This document shows positions 1 to 8,833 of a DNA stretch of 47,050 bases, in pieces. The DNA lies in IMG/VR virus record IMGVR_UViG_3300045051_000179, positions 1-47,050 of that record. One strand, given 5' to 3'. Each line of letters begins with the position of its first letter. Within the stretch, counting starts at the first letter, position 1. The notes beneath the pieces are model-generated. The model ran no database searches. It was not told where the DNA came from and saw only the letters and a list, made by a program, of their open reading frames with translations. This DNA is from a virus. Lineage: Duplodnaviria > Heunggongvirae > Uroviricota > Caudoviricetes. A program made the translations under genes and the position numbers.

Positions 1-22
1 TCGTGCCAGAGAATCCAGACTG

Positions 23-349
23 TCATGCTTCCTCTACCCATCCTCTCACAACATTGTAGCCTCGACTAAGAGCCTGCATCATTCGATGCCCTCCCACACT
101 GTTACTAGTATGGACAATGAATAGGCCCACGTCAGCAGGCTTGCCATCGAAGGCATCATTCTCTAGCCGTACGACCAGTGGCATGATGGTGCTCTTGCCA
201 CTCAGGTCATGGTCGAGATATACCTCATCCCACGCCTGCGCATAGAGGAGTCTAGAACCCTCCTTCAATGTCCGGGCGTAGACGGCTTCCATTCCGGTAA
301 AGGTTCTTTGGTCGTCTATTACGAGGCGACTCATCTTCTTGGTGCTCAC
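23..349 (-). CDS. cyclic-phosphate-processing receiver-like domain protein
   Basis: LVIDDQR...YLDHDL...VHTSNSVGG motif pattern of stand-alone receiver-like domains. Confidence 0.65.
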   Translation of the reverse strand: MSTKKMSRLVIDDQRTFTGMEAVYARTLKEGSRLLYAQAWDEVYLDHDLSGKSTIMPLVVRLENDAFDGKPADVGLFIVHTSNSVGGHRMMQALSRGYNVVRGWVEEA

Positions 350-395
350 GGAACTTAATGTCCCTTCTCTTGGCTAATCGATTGACTTCCCTAAG

Positions 396-424
396 AGTAT
401 GACGGTCGATGTCAAGAATGTCAA
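396..424 (-). promoter_or_regulatory. sigma70-type promoter
   Basis: TTGACA-17-CATACT on minus strand. Confidence 0.6.
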
Positions 425-654
425 CGTTCATCTTGTCCTCTGCGATTATTCAGCGCATCACGGAGCGCAGTAAGTGCTTCCAGCGGAGTCTCACCGGGCA
501 TATACCAAACAGTATAGCCCTTCTCATGGATGATATCCGCGAACCAATTTCCCCCTAGGGTGACACAGACCCTTCGTCCCTTGGCCTCCGGAAGCAACTG
601 GACCTCTCGAAAAACCCTACGAAGTTCCTCGTCGCTATTCATTTCTCTCACCAC
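421..654 (-). CDS. hypothetical protein
   Basis: ORF in packed minus-strand operon. Confidence 0.65.
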   Translation of the reverse strand: MVREMNSDEELRRVFREVQLLPEAKGRRVCVTLGGNWFADIIHEKGYTVWYMPGETPLEALTALRDALNNRRGQDER

Positions 655-986
655 TTCTGAGGATTGAGTTGGTACTTGCTTGGCTTTGCTCTGGCGCTTT
701 CAAGGATTTCGATCATCCTTGCTGGCGTCGTCTTATCCGGGTCGGGCTCATTGCGCCATAGCCAGATAGCCAGTTGCATCCTAGGGTCATAGAAGGCATC
801 CATGCCATCACCAAAGACCTCGAAACGGACACCAGTGCTGTTCCCAAAATCGTAGAACCTGATTACGAATTCACTTGTGCTCTTGTCGTCCTCGATAACG
901 ATGTTCAGTTCTTCCTTAGAGCCCCAATCACCATGAAGATTGGGCCACGCAACAGACCTCTGTGTATAGGTGAACTTGCTCATCAA
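648..986 (-). CDS. hypothetical protein
   Basis: overlap-coupled ORF. Confidence 0.7.
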   Translation of the reverse strand: MMSKFTYTQRSVAWPNLHGDWGSKEELNIVIEDDKSTSEFVIRFYDFGNSTGVRFEVFGDGMDAFYDPRMQLAIWLWRNEPDPDKTTPARMIEILESARAKPSKYQLNPQKW

Positions 987-1312
987 ATCCTTCCAGTCAA
1001 TTTCTTGCCGATCCAGACTAACATTTCCTTGAAGCCATCATTGACATTGCGTCCGGGTCGGAGCCATAGGCCCTTTCCGGTACCACCGAAGAAGTCCTTC
1101 TCTTTTCCGATTGGCTCTCGGTATTCATACTTCCAGCGCTTGAACAATGGCCTAGTCACCATGCCAACGAGGAAGGCAAGGGGCCAGAGTAGTATCCAGA
1201 TTATGTTCGATGGGCTTCTCTTAATGATCCACCATTCACTACTAAGTAGCATACCTAGAACGATCAGGTAGACGATGGCAAATGACGCCACGACCAATGG
1301 TAAGAGGTTCAC
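983..1312 (-). CDS. membrane protein
   Basis: two N-terminal hydrophobic segments; ATGA overlap. Confidence 0.7.
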   Translation of the reverse strand: MNLLPLVVASFAIVYLIVLGMLLSSEWWIIKRSPSNIIWILLWPLAFLVGMVTRPLFKRWKYEYREPIGKEKDFFGGTGKGLWLRPGRNVNDGFKEMLVWIGKKLTGRI

Positions 1313-1521
1313 TGCATCTGCTCCAATAGGTTACGAGAAATATCTCGCATCTTCGTGACTCGTTTGATTTGCTCATCATGACCCTGCCCTGCCGGTCGAT
1401 CCCAATAGGCAGAGCCAAGGACATTGAGACGCTTCCACTCGGCAATGGCGTCGGCCTCAGCCAAAACCAAGATACGATATAGGGCATCTTCGAATTCATC
1501 TGGAACTGTAAGGGTCTTCAT
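1309..1521 (-). CDS. hypothetical protein
   Basis: start refined to ATG 1521 just after upstream stop. Confidence 0.65.
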   Translation of the reverse strand: MKTLTVPDEFEDALYRILVLAEADAIAEWKRLNVLGSAYWDRPAGQGHDEQIKRVTKMRDISRNLLEQMQ

Positions 1522-1522
1522 T

Positions 1523-1750
1523 TTATCCTGCCCTGAAACTCGCATGCACTACACCCTGTTCTCCTGCGACAGTCAATTGCTCTACAGTAGCCTCGGACCA
1601 CACCCTCCTATGCCAAGGGGTAGGGCTACGACCCGCGACCGCCTCCGCAGTAGCGATTGCCCTAGCCTCGTCAATAGACTTCGCACGAATGACGAATGAG
1701 TCGTACTCATCGTATTCCCACACAGTGGCAGAGACAATCCAAAGTTTCAT
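1523..1750 (-). CDS. hypothetical phage protein
   Basis: packed ORF; YDEYDSFVIRA..EAR pattern typical of small phage proteins. Confidence 0.7.
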   Translation of the reverse strand: MKLWIVSATVWEYDEYDSFVIRAKSIDEARAIATAEAVAGRSPTPWHRRVWSEATVEQLTVAGEQGVVHASFRAG

Positions 1751-1751
1751 A

Positions 1752-2141
1752 TTACCTCACATCAACGTCGGGAACAATGACCGAAGGCTTGAACACGACG
1801 CGGTAGTGGTCCTTGCTGACATTAGCAGAATCCAACTGCTCCACAAAGTATGTCACGTTGTCGGAGAGACCAAGGAAGTTCTTCTTGTATTCGCCCCTAC
1901 CAACCTCACAGGTGACAGACAACGTACCAGCGGCGTCGTTGTTTCCAAGGGAGCAATAGCCCTCGATGGTGAGCATGTACTCACCAGTAATGCCGTTGTA
2001 GAAGACGATCCTACGCAGGACTTCGAACTGGTCGGCAGCCTTTGATACGTTCTCTGATACGACATCGGCATCATTCTTACAACCGGCGACAGAAAACACA
2101 ATGAACAGACCCATCACAAGGGTCAGCAACTTCTTCTTCAT
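1752..2141 (-). CDS. phage lipoprotein
   Basis: signal peptide with lipobox VAGC; ADVVSENVSKAADQFE..RRIVFYNGIT..FLGLSDNVTYFVEQ family pattern. Confidence 0.8.
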   Translation of the reverse strand: MKKKLLTLVMGLFIVFSVAGCKNDADVVSENVSKAADQFEVLRRIVFYNGITGEYMLTIEGYCSLGNNDAAGTLSVTCEVGRGEYKKNFLGLSDNVTYFVEQLDSANVSKDHYRVVFKPSVIVPDVDVR

Positions 2142-2521
2142 GTAGGAAAATCTCCTTCCGTCCAGTCGTACTTTGATTTCTTCGGTTGCACAGGCCCACA
2201 GCAGCCATCACAACCATGAACTCCCCAACCAGCCTCTTGGTTCGCCCAATTGAGATAGGCCACACTGTCAGGATTAGGATGCCCGACTCCGTGCTTGCAG
2301 ATATCCTCGATCAGTGCCGATGATCGGAGCACCTGAGGACTGCCTGTCAACTTGTGCAATGATGGCTTATGGATAACACAGTTCTTCGGTGCGCCCTGAG
2401 CACGAGATGCCTTGCACTGCACCTTGGTATGAAGACGCCCACCGCTAGCAACATATTCCGGCAATGAGATAGACATCTCACCGAGAATAGAAGCATAGAG
2501 ATATGGGTCAATGTGGGTCAT
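2138..2521 (-). CDS. Cys/His-rich putative metal-binding protein
   Basis: CKHGVGHPNPD...HGCDGCC; start refined to ATG 2521. Confidence 0.7.
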   Translation of the reverse strand: MTHIDPYLYASILGEMSISLPEYVASGGRLHTKVQCKASRAQGAPKNCVIHKPSLHKLTGSPQVLRSSALIEDICKHGVGHPNPDSVAYLNWANQEAGWGVHGCDGCCGPVQPKKSKYDWTEGDFPT

Positions 2522-2534
2522 ATAGATTTCCTCA

Positions 2535-2852
2535 TCAGAAACAGTAGTCACAGGTACAATGAGCGTGGCCTTCCATCTTGCCTGTCTCTGGATTATACCA
2601 TCGAGACCATGACTGGCAATGATAGGTGTAACCATACGCCTTGTCTTCGGTCAAATCGTATCGACCAGTGTAGTGTCCGGGCATCATCTCTCCGGGCTTA
2701 TGTCGCTGACACGAGGTACAAGCGGCAACGTCAGCATCGACAGCAGCCTTCATCTTCTCGACCTCGGCCCTGTTGTAGGTCTGCTTAGTCGAGCGACCAT
2801 ACTTGTAGCCAAGGGAATGCCAGACAGGTACAGCCGGGATATGAAGGCCCAT
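2535..2852 (-). CDS. hypothetical Cys/His-rich protein
   Basis: CTSC and HCTCDYC motifs; TGATG overlap. Confidence 0.65.
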   Translation of the reverse strand: MGLHIPAVPVWHSLGYKYGRSTKQTYNRAEVEKMKAAVDADVAACTSCQRHKPGEMMPGHYTGRYDLTEDKAYGYTYHCQSWSRWYNPETGKMEGHAHCTCDYCF

Positions 2853-3055
2853 CAGTTGACCCTCTTAAGCGTAATCTCGTACAGGCCAGCGCCAATGGAC
2901 TTGCCTACCAACGACCATTTATATCCCTGAGCCATGATCCGGCCCTGAGAATGAAGCATGATGGCTCGATAGTTCTTCGTCTCGGTGACGAGTCGCCAGT
3001 AATATGGATTGAACGCGGCCCTGTCCAGTTCTCGGTCTATCTGCTCTGTGGTCAT
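2852..3055 (-). CDS. hypothetical protein
   Basis: ATGA overlap; start refined. Confidence 0.65.
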   Translation of the reverse strand: MTTEQIDRELDRAAFNPYYWRLVTETKNYRAIMLHSQGRIMAQGYKWSLVGKSIGAGLYEITLKRVN

Positions 3056-3357
3056 GACACCCTCCCTACTCGAATTGGTCCCGACCATCCGCACGATGGG
3101 CAGAACTGGCCATCGGCGTAGGCGAATGAGCAGTTGGGGCAAGGCTCGATGATGGGTCGAGTCGTCTCACCATGAATGGCCTTGACCGTCTTCTCGACGA
3201 TGAGGACAGGCTCGGTCACGACTCGCTTCTTCCGGGCGACCGGAGAGGGTTCGACCTTGACGGTCCTGACTGCCTTAATCTTCGCTCCATGCGCGGCATG
3301 GGCAGTCCCATCCTTGTTCACATGTCCCTTGCGGGGCTTACCTTTTGGCCACGGCAC
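3052..3357 (-). CDS. basic zinc-ribbon protein
   Basis: PWPKGKPRK AT-hook-like start; CPNC..CPSC; RBS GAAAGGA. Confidence 0.7.
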   Translation of the reverse strand: MPWPKGKPRKGHVNKDGTAHAAHGAKIKAVRTVKVEPSPVARKKRVVTEPVLIVEKTVKAIHGETTRPIIEPCPNCSFAYADGQFCPSCGWSGPIRVGRVS

Positions 3358-3399
3358 TGGTCAGTTCCTTTCTGAACTGTAATGCTTTTGGTTTACCTG

Positions 3400-3721
3400 C
3401 CTACACCAACGTATTGCGACTCTAGCCGGGAGTCCAACCCGGAACGTTGCCTTCTATGGCCCCTCGGCCACTCCCTTACGGGCTCCACCCTACTCGTGAG
3501 CGCCTCCATGGGCTGGTAAGCCTAGGCTAGATCGCGAGCCACCATATTCTCTATGATGCACCTTGGCAGGATTTGTATGTCGCGAGAGGCCCGGTTCCCA
3601 ATTGTCCATAGCGCCGGGATTACTTGGACCTCTCGCTTATGATTGACACGGATGACCGGCTCATGGTGGGCTTGTACCACCCTCTAACGGTTCACGTCGC
3701 GTTCGTCAGCGATCCGTGTCT
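3400..3721 (-). ncRNA. structured leader or ncRNA with three domains
   Basis: begins at promoter TSS; stems GACACGGAT/ATCCGTGTC and GCGAGAGG/CCTCTCGC; tRNA-like top half at 3416-3535. Confidence 0.6.
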
Positions 3722-3727
3722 GCATCA

Positions 3728-3756
3728 ATCTTAACGGTTCATCCCCTGTCTGTCAA
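3728..3756 (-). promoter_or_regulatory. sigma70-type promoter
   Basis: TTGACA-17-TAAGAT. Confidence 0.75.
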
Positions 3757-3810
3757 GTCAATCGAGGCCATCGATACGAGTGATGATTGTTAAGGTTTGA
3801 TTAAGGTTTC

Positions 3811-4017
3811 TCAACTATTGTTATGCCCTTGCTCATAGCCATACACATAATCAGCATTGTTTGCCCACTGCTGATTGAAGTTTCGACCGTCATCAGCGCC
3901 ATCCAGATACCCTATATCTTCCAAATGAAAACGGTTGATGTGTTTACCAAGACGACGGACTAACTTCTTCTCCATCCAGCAATAGGGACATTCTTTCTTC
4001 GGGCGATGGTCGGTCAT
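3811..4017 (-). CDS. hypothetical protein, possible C2H2-like site
   Basis: CPYC...HINRFH; ATGA overlap. Confidence 0.65.
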   Translation of the reverse strand: MTDHRPKKECPYCWMEKKLVRRLGKHINRFHLEDIGYLDGADDGRNFNQQWANNADYVYGYEQGHNNS

Positions 4018-4217
4018 CGCAGTTCCCAATCCTCGATCATATTTCGAGTAACGTGCGGGGGAAAGGTGGCTAATACGGCGTTGTCCGTGAGCCTACTCCA
4101 CTTATCGAACTCAATATCTTCGTCGGCCAATAGGCCAGCCAATTCCTGATAGTCATCTTCTGAGATGTCGAAGATCAACTCGACTCGGAGTTGGCGAGGT
4201 AGCGTTGTTCTAGTCAT
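4014..4217 (-). CDS. hypothetical protein
   Basis: ATGA overlap. Confidence 0.7.
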   Translation of the reverse strand: MTRTTLPRQLRVELIFDISEDDYQELAGLLADEDIEFDKWSRLTDNAVLATFPPHVTRNMIEDWELR

Positions 4218-4462
4218 ATTTTCACCCTCCCACTACCGATCATTGCGATCCGCCATGGACAGGTTGGAACATGGTAGGCAATGTCGTTCCTGTTGCCCCA
4301 CACGCAGACACAACCGGGCTTACCGAGTGTCTCTCCCTCGGGCCGCTTGCCACCGGTCATCACATCGTATTCAACGGCTGCCTGCGTGGCGATATTGGCA
4401 TCGACCCATCCGCCTGCCCTGCGAATAGCATCGAACAGAACAGTCCCATCAATCTTGGTCAT
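4214..4462 (-). CDS. hypothetical protein
   Basis: ATGA overlap. Confidence 0.65.
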   Translation of the reverse strand: MTKIDGTVLFDAIRRAGGWVDANIATQAAVEYDVMTGGKRPEGETLGKPGCVCVWGNRNDIAYHVPTCPWRIAMIGSGRVKI

Positions 4463-4752
4463 GACCAGATGCCTCCATATCGAAAGGGTTCGTCCTTCTG
4501 GCGAGCAGGGCAGTGTTGAATATGAAGCGCATCAGCAGTGTAGGATGCCCGACATACGCAGCCTGTTATCGGATGCCTTGGCCTGTCTCGCGGAGGAACG
4601 TATGACCATGTTGGTCCGGGCACAAAGCGCTGGACAGCCTCGCCCAATTTCCCGAATGAAAGGTGCCTGAATGGACGGGCCTGCCGATCCCAAGACCGCG
4701 ACCGAATAGCAGCAGCCCCATTACGGGCGACTGTACTAGGTGAGAGTGTCAC
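4459..4752 (-). CDS. hypothetical protein
   Basis: ATGA overlaps on both sides. Confidence 0.55.
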   Translation of the reverse strand: MTLSPSTVARNGAAAIRSRSWDRQARPFRHLSFGKLGEAVQRFVPGPTWSYVPPRDRPRHPITGCVCRASYTADALHIQHCPARQKDEPFRYGGIWS

Positions 4753-4961
4753 GGAATGTTCCTCACATAATCCTCTGCATCCAACTTGGTAATGATGTCA
4801 CGCAGGCCATGCATGTAGTCGAACAGCGGGTTCTCCCCATACACGTTAACAAGACGCTGGTGGATGAAGACAAGAAGCCTGACCTCTCGGCTTACGGTTC
4901 TACCCTCCAAAATACGATCCACCAAATCATTATCAAGGTCATTGAGATTTCTGCCAGTCAT
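4749..4961 (-). CDS. hypothetical protein
   Basis: ATGA overlap. Confidence 0.7.
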   Translation of the reverse strand: MTGRNLNDLDNDLVDRILEGRTVSREVRLLVFIHQRLVNVYGENPLFDYMHGLRDIITKLDAEDYVRNIP

Positions 4962-5182
4962 CGAAGCCTGCTCGGGACCAAGGCCCTGAACGTCGCTGTC
5001 TCTACCGCTGGATACTCCGGCCCACCAAGGAAAGAATAGTGCCAGACAGGAGGCGTCTGGAAGGTCGCCAGAGGGTCTACGATATTGCGTGGACCGTTCC
5101 GACGAAATCCAAGGCGTCTGATACTAACTCGCGCCATCTGCTTGTCTGTTGAATAACTGTAGCGACTAGACATCTTCATCAA
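4958..5182 (-). CDS. hypothetical protein
   Basis: packed ORF. Confidence 0.6.
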   Translation of the reverse strand: MMKMSSRYSYSTDKQMARVSIRRLGFRRNGPRNIVDPLATFQTPPVWHYSFLGGPEYPAVETATFRALVPSRLR

Positions 5183-5411
5183 CCTCGCGTACTGCTGACC
5201 TAATGATTTCGATGGGCCTAATGATATTGTTCATCAACTTAAAGCGAGTCGCGGTGAGGTCGTTGACCTCGGCAACGGTTCCCCAGTCAAGAGAGTAAAT
5301 GATACGCTCCTTAAGATAGCCCTTAAGGTCGTGAGCGTTCATCGACAACTCGCTCAGCATCGCAGTAAGGTCAACGTCCTCTCCTGCCCGACGAGCGCTG
5401 TATGTACCCAT
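5166..5411 (-). CDS. hypothetical protein
   Basis: packed ORF. Confidence 0.65.
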   Translation of the reverse strand: MGTYSARRAGEDVDLTAMLSELSMNAHDLKGYLKERIIYSLDWGTVAEVNDLTATRFKLMNNIIRPIEIIRSAVREVDEDV

Positions 5412-5750
5412 TTACTTGCCCTCCTCTCTGGCTGCTTTCTCTGTCTTTAGGATGGTGATGAATGCCTTGCCACTGAAATCAAATCCACAGGGCAGGTGTT
5501 GCATGAAGCAATCACCTGTTGGGCTACCGCACTTAGTGCATCGATAGCCGCGCTGAAACTCGGGCTCGCCATCGAGCAAGGTATCTGGCGCAAACGTATG
5601 AGTAGGATGTGTTCCACGGACATGGAACAAGCCGCGTCCGAGTCGATCAGACTTCCGGATAGACTCATGGGCCATCCACTCGGCATCGAACCAATCGTCT
5701 GTTCGATGCACTACGTAGCCATGATAGTCAACGACATTAAAGGTCGTCAC
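5412..5750 (-). CDS. hypothetical protein with zinc ribbon
   Basis: GGAGG RBS plus GTG 5750; CTKC..C..C. Confidence 0.6.
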   Translation of the reverse strand: MTTFNVVDYHGYVVHRTDDWFDAEWMAHESIRKSDRLGRGLFHVRGTHPTHTFAPDTLLDGEPEFQRGYRCTKCGSPTGDCFMQHLPCGFDFSGKAFITILKTEKAAREEGK

Positions 5751-5929
5751 TTCGATCCCTCCCAATGCCGACGACACACAAACTCTGTTGACCCATCTGG
5801 TCCCTTGTTGCCAAGCATCCAAGCGTTCTTGCAGTAACGCTTCACTCTAGGCAACCAGCGCTGACAACGATCCTCATCAGCGTATCGACAGTCATCTGAG
5901 TAGTGGAGTGTTCCTTCGGGAACGGCCAT
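5747..5929 (-). CDS. small Cys-rich protein
   Basis: packed ORF, four Cys plus His. Confidence 0.6.
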   Translation of the reverse strand: MAVPEGTLHYSDDCRYADEDRCQRWLPRVKRYCKNAWMLGNKGPDGSTEFVCRRHWEGSK

Positions 5930-5932
5930 GAT

Positions 5933-6349
5933 TCACCCCCACATCGAAAAGAGATACCAACCGGGAGTCTTGACCTCCAAGCCAAGTGCCTTCTGCGCTT
6001 CGAGAAGGCTCTCATCCCAATATCGAGTCCGACTTAGGAGAGTTGGAACTTTCTGAGGATAGCCACGATTGGCTCGTGTCACTGATCCCCTAGCGGCAAG
6101 GAAGTACATCGGGTAATCATAGGAGCAGTGATATTCAATCTCTACTCCTGTCTTCTCCTCGGCTGCTTGCTTGCGGTCGAAGTAGGTCTCATCACCATCG
6201 GTCCATTCATCAGTGAAGCCAGCCAGTTTTTCGAGCAATCTGCTCTCTAGGGCCTCGCCAATATCGTCTACATCTTCGAGCCAGTCGAGGTCAATGTCAT
6301 CGCCTAGGTCAACACCATAGGCGAGGATGGCATCTGTTGAGACTCCCAT
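5933..6349 (-). CDS. hypothetical acidic phage protein
   Basis: MGVSTDAILAYG start and PGWYL end; start refined. Confidence 0.75.
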   Translation of the reverse strand: MGVSTDAILAYGVDLGDDIDLDWLEDVDDIGEALESRLLEKLAGFTDEWTDGDETYFDRKQAAEEKTGVEIEYHCSYDYPMYFLAARGSVTRANRGYPQKVPTLLSRTRYWDESLLEAQKALGLEVKTPGWYLFSMWG

Positions 6350-6350
6350 T

Positions 6351-6638
6351 TTATCGACTCCTCTCCGGGTCGTTGGCTTCGCAGTAAACAAGCAGGCCAA
6401 TCGCAGCGGCCCTTAGGCTCTCGATAGTGAAATCTTCCTTCGCGACAACACCGGGCCGGAACTGCATCAGGAGATGCTTGCCTGTCTCATGGTTTGGCTG
6501 AACACTACCGAGTTCTCCAAGCCCAAAGTTTTCTGAATATGTCCAAGGTCGATCAACACCACTAGGATAGAACTCATCAAACAGGTCCCTTGCAGCCTGC
6601 CTGATAGCATCGTACTCAGGGTCAACTCCAACAGTCAT
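6351..6638 (-). CDS. hypothetical protein
   Basis: packed ORF. Confidence 0.7.
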   Translation of the reverse strand: MTVGVDPEYDAIRQAARDLFDEFYPSGVDRPWTYSENFGLGELGSVQPNHETGKHLLMQFRPGVVAKEDFTIESLRAAAIGLLVYCEANDPERSR

Positions 6639-6919
6639 ACTTCAATCCCCTTAGTGCCTGCCTCTAGGATATACTGGTCCTCGGTCGTCCGAGTACCATC
6701 AGCAGAGACATATTCAATGAGGACGCTGGCCCGAAGGGTCTGTGACATCGAACGCTCTACTACTATTGCGACAGACCGATTTGGCTTGATGTCGAGTGCT
6801 TCGTAAAGAGCGTTCCGAAAGGCATTGGATGCCTGTATGAAGTTCGACACTAAGTCTACTGCATTGTGTGACGCAACAGACGATCCTTCACGCTTGAAGT
6901 AGTGGATGCTCTTATTCAC
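6635..6919 (-). CDS. hypothetical protein
   Basis: packed ORF, GTG start. Confidence 0.65.
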   Translation of the reverse strand: MNKSIHYFKREGSSVASHNAVDLVSNFIQASNAFRNALYEALDIKPNRSVAIVVERSMSQTLRASVLIEYVSADGTRTTEDQYILEAGTKGIEV

Positions 6920-6922
6920 TTC

Positions 6923-7318
6923 TCAGAACAGCCGATCCTTGATGGCCTTTGCAATGTGCTTGCAGTAGCCAGCAGCGTCAAGACCAGATGCGAAGATAAA
7001 GGACTTGCAGGTGCACTTGTAGGTGAACTGCGGGTATCCGAACTTATTCTCGGTTCGAGTCACGTCATAGAACTTGAACCAATCAGAGTCACTTCGGACC
7101 TTGACAGTCTTTACTGTCGTCGGGGAGTACGGAGGCGGAAGAAGAACGCTATTGATTGCTCTGATGTCTGTCTCAACAGCAGCAAGGTCGGCCTTCTTCT
7201 GGACAACTGCTGCCTCGGCGGTCGCAAGTTCTCCCTTGATGACATCACGCTTCTTGACGAGCGTCGGCAGGATAGATGAAAGAGTGTCCTTCGAAAGGTT
7301 TGATAGGGTAATGCTCAC
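6923..7318 (-). CDS. SWIM zinc-finger protein with N-terminal coiled coil
   Basis: CTCKSF...CKHI SWIM signature. Confidence 0.8.
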   Translation of the reverse strand: MSITLSNLSKDTLSSILPTLVKKRDVIKGELATAEAAVVQKKADLAAVETDIRAINSVLLPPPYSPTTVKTVKVRSDSDWFKFYDVTRTENKFGYPQFTYKCTCKSFIFASGLDAAGYCKHIAKAIKDRLF

Positions 7319-7587
7319 TTGTTCTCCTTGTTCTGCCTGCGATCCGGCAGGCCAAATGCTAGTCTCCCACCACGGGTGTCGAGGTCAATGTAATCCTCGC
7401 CCTTGACAACTTCTCCACCGAAGATGTCAAACAGGTGCGTGCCATAAGGAAGGGTGTCGAATTTCTCAGGAGTGAGAAGTTCAATAATCCTGCCATCTTT
7501 GAGCAGCCACGGGACAATGAGTTCATCACCGTCTTGGTAGGCGCTCGACACCTTAAGGCCGTTCACTACGATATCTGCTGAACTCAC
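7315..7587 (-). CDS. hypothetical protein
   Basis: GTGA overlap; DYIDLDTRGG motif. Confidence 0.7.
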   Translation of the reverse strand: MSSADIVVNGLKVSSAYQDGDELIVPWLLKDGRIIELLTPEKFDTLPYGTHLFDIFGGEVVKGEDYIDLDTRGGRLAFGLPDRRQNKENK

Positions 7588-8798
7588 TTGTTCTCCTTCT
7601 CCATCTTACACCGGGTCAGGACAGTCGTTGGACGATTAGTGAACTTGTCCAATTCATGTCCTTTCACAGTACCAGTCAGGACGTACTCGACGCCTTCCTC
7701 AATCTCGCTCGTGGCCGGTGACCATGAAGCCCACCATAGCAAGTCATTGGTCCCGCTGGTCATCCGAATGAGGTACCGCTCGAAGCGGTCGAACGCATCC
7801 GACACCTTGCGCTTTCCTGTGACCCGAACAGGGACGGTGATGCGCTCGCCAATCTGACCAATCCACTCACTCACACCCTTGCCCTTCGATTTGCGATCCA
7901 TGGCCCGAAGGCCCTGAATGACAGCCGATGCAAGGGTACCCACGTGTCGCCACTGAATACCCTTGGCGGTCACGAGGTCGATAATCTTCGACTCATACTC
8001 GTTGTACGGGTCGAGCGAAGGGATGGCAGCAAGGGTGAGTTCAACAATCTTGTCGGACTCATCAGTCTTAGGGTACTTGCCAACGAAGTATTCCAGTGCC
8101 TTGCCCTTGGCTGACATGTACTCACGGACCAGTTCAGCGGTGCTGGTTCGATCATCTTCCTCGGCGCGAGCCTTGGAGATGTAGAACCCTTCCTTGCCCA
8201 CGATCCGGGCCGAGATATCAAGGACGTACTCTGGCGGGTAGAACTTGGTAGCACTGCCTGCCCATCCAGAAACCTCATCATCATTGAATGAAAGGGATTG
8301 GTACGCTTCATACATGGCAATGAGGGCTTCGGGTGAATGTCCAAGGAAGTCACGAAGACAGTTACGGCCAACCTGACGCACGATACCAGACCCAACATGC
8401 CGCACAAGGAAGGTCTCATTGCGTCGGCGTGAGGTTTCGCAGTGGTCACAATAGTCGTACTGGTCAATTTCAGGAAGGTCGCCCTCGATACCGGGAACCT
8501 TGTCGATGACAGGCTTAGCCTTGCCCTCGGCATCCTCGATGAATGACACGACACCGATCAGTTCCCAACCAGAGAACTTAATCGGCTCACCCTCGATGAT
8601 GGCCTCGACCCATTTGATGAACTGGCCCTCGATGGCCTTGCCTTCCTCATCAAAAATAGGGCGTTCCATCGTCGCACCCATAATGAGTTGCGGCGCAGGA
8701 AAGCCCTTCTTGGCGGCACGCTTAGCGATCCGAGACACACGCTCGGCAACGATATCAAGTGCATCTTCGGGCACGAAGGCCCTGCTCAGTTCATTCAT
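7584..8798 (-). CDS. conserved phage protein with Zn site and C-terminal OB-fold-like domain
   Basis: 404 aa; CDHC..R.R...QVGRNCLRDFLG; C-terminal IGQIGERITV..GTVK.H..T.LTRCK pattern. Confidence 0.8.
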   Translation of the reverse strand: MNELSRAFVPEDALDIVAERVSRIAKRAAKKGFPAPQLIMGATMERPIFDEEGKAIEGQFIKWVEAIIEGEPIKFSGWELIGVVSFIEDAEGKAKPVIDKVPGIEGDLPEIDQYDYCDHCETSRRRNETFLVRHVGSGIVRQVGRNCLRDFLGHSPEALIAMYEAYQSLSFNDDEVSGWAGSATKFYPPEYVLDISARIVGKEGFYISKARAEEDDRTSTAELVREYMSAKGKALEYFVGKYPKTDESDKIVELTLAAIPSLDPYNEYESKIIDLVTAKGIQWRHVGTLASAVIQGLRAMDRKSKGKGVSEWIGQIGERITVPVRVTGKRKVSDAFDRFERYLIRMTSGTNDLLWWASWSPATSEIEEGVEYVLTGTVKGHELDKFTNRPTTVLTRCKMEKENK

Positions 8799-8804
8799 GA
8801 GAGA

Positions 8805-8833
8805 ATTATACCACCTTTCGGGATGGCTGTCAA
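8805..8833 (-). promoter_or_regulatory. perfect-consensus sigma70 promoter, leaderless
   Basis: TTGACA-17-TATAAT; ATG 6 nt after the -10 box. Confidence 0.9.

Noticed and set aside
1752-2141. Recombination directionality factor label sometimes given to this family
   Set aside because: The signal peptide and lipobox indicate a lipoprotein, and no integrase is present in the window.
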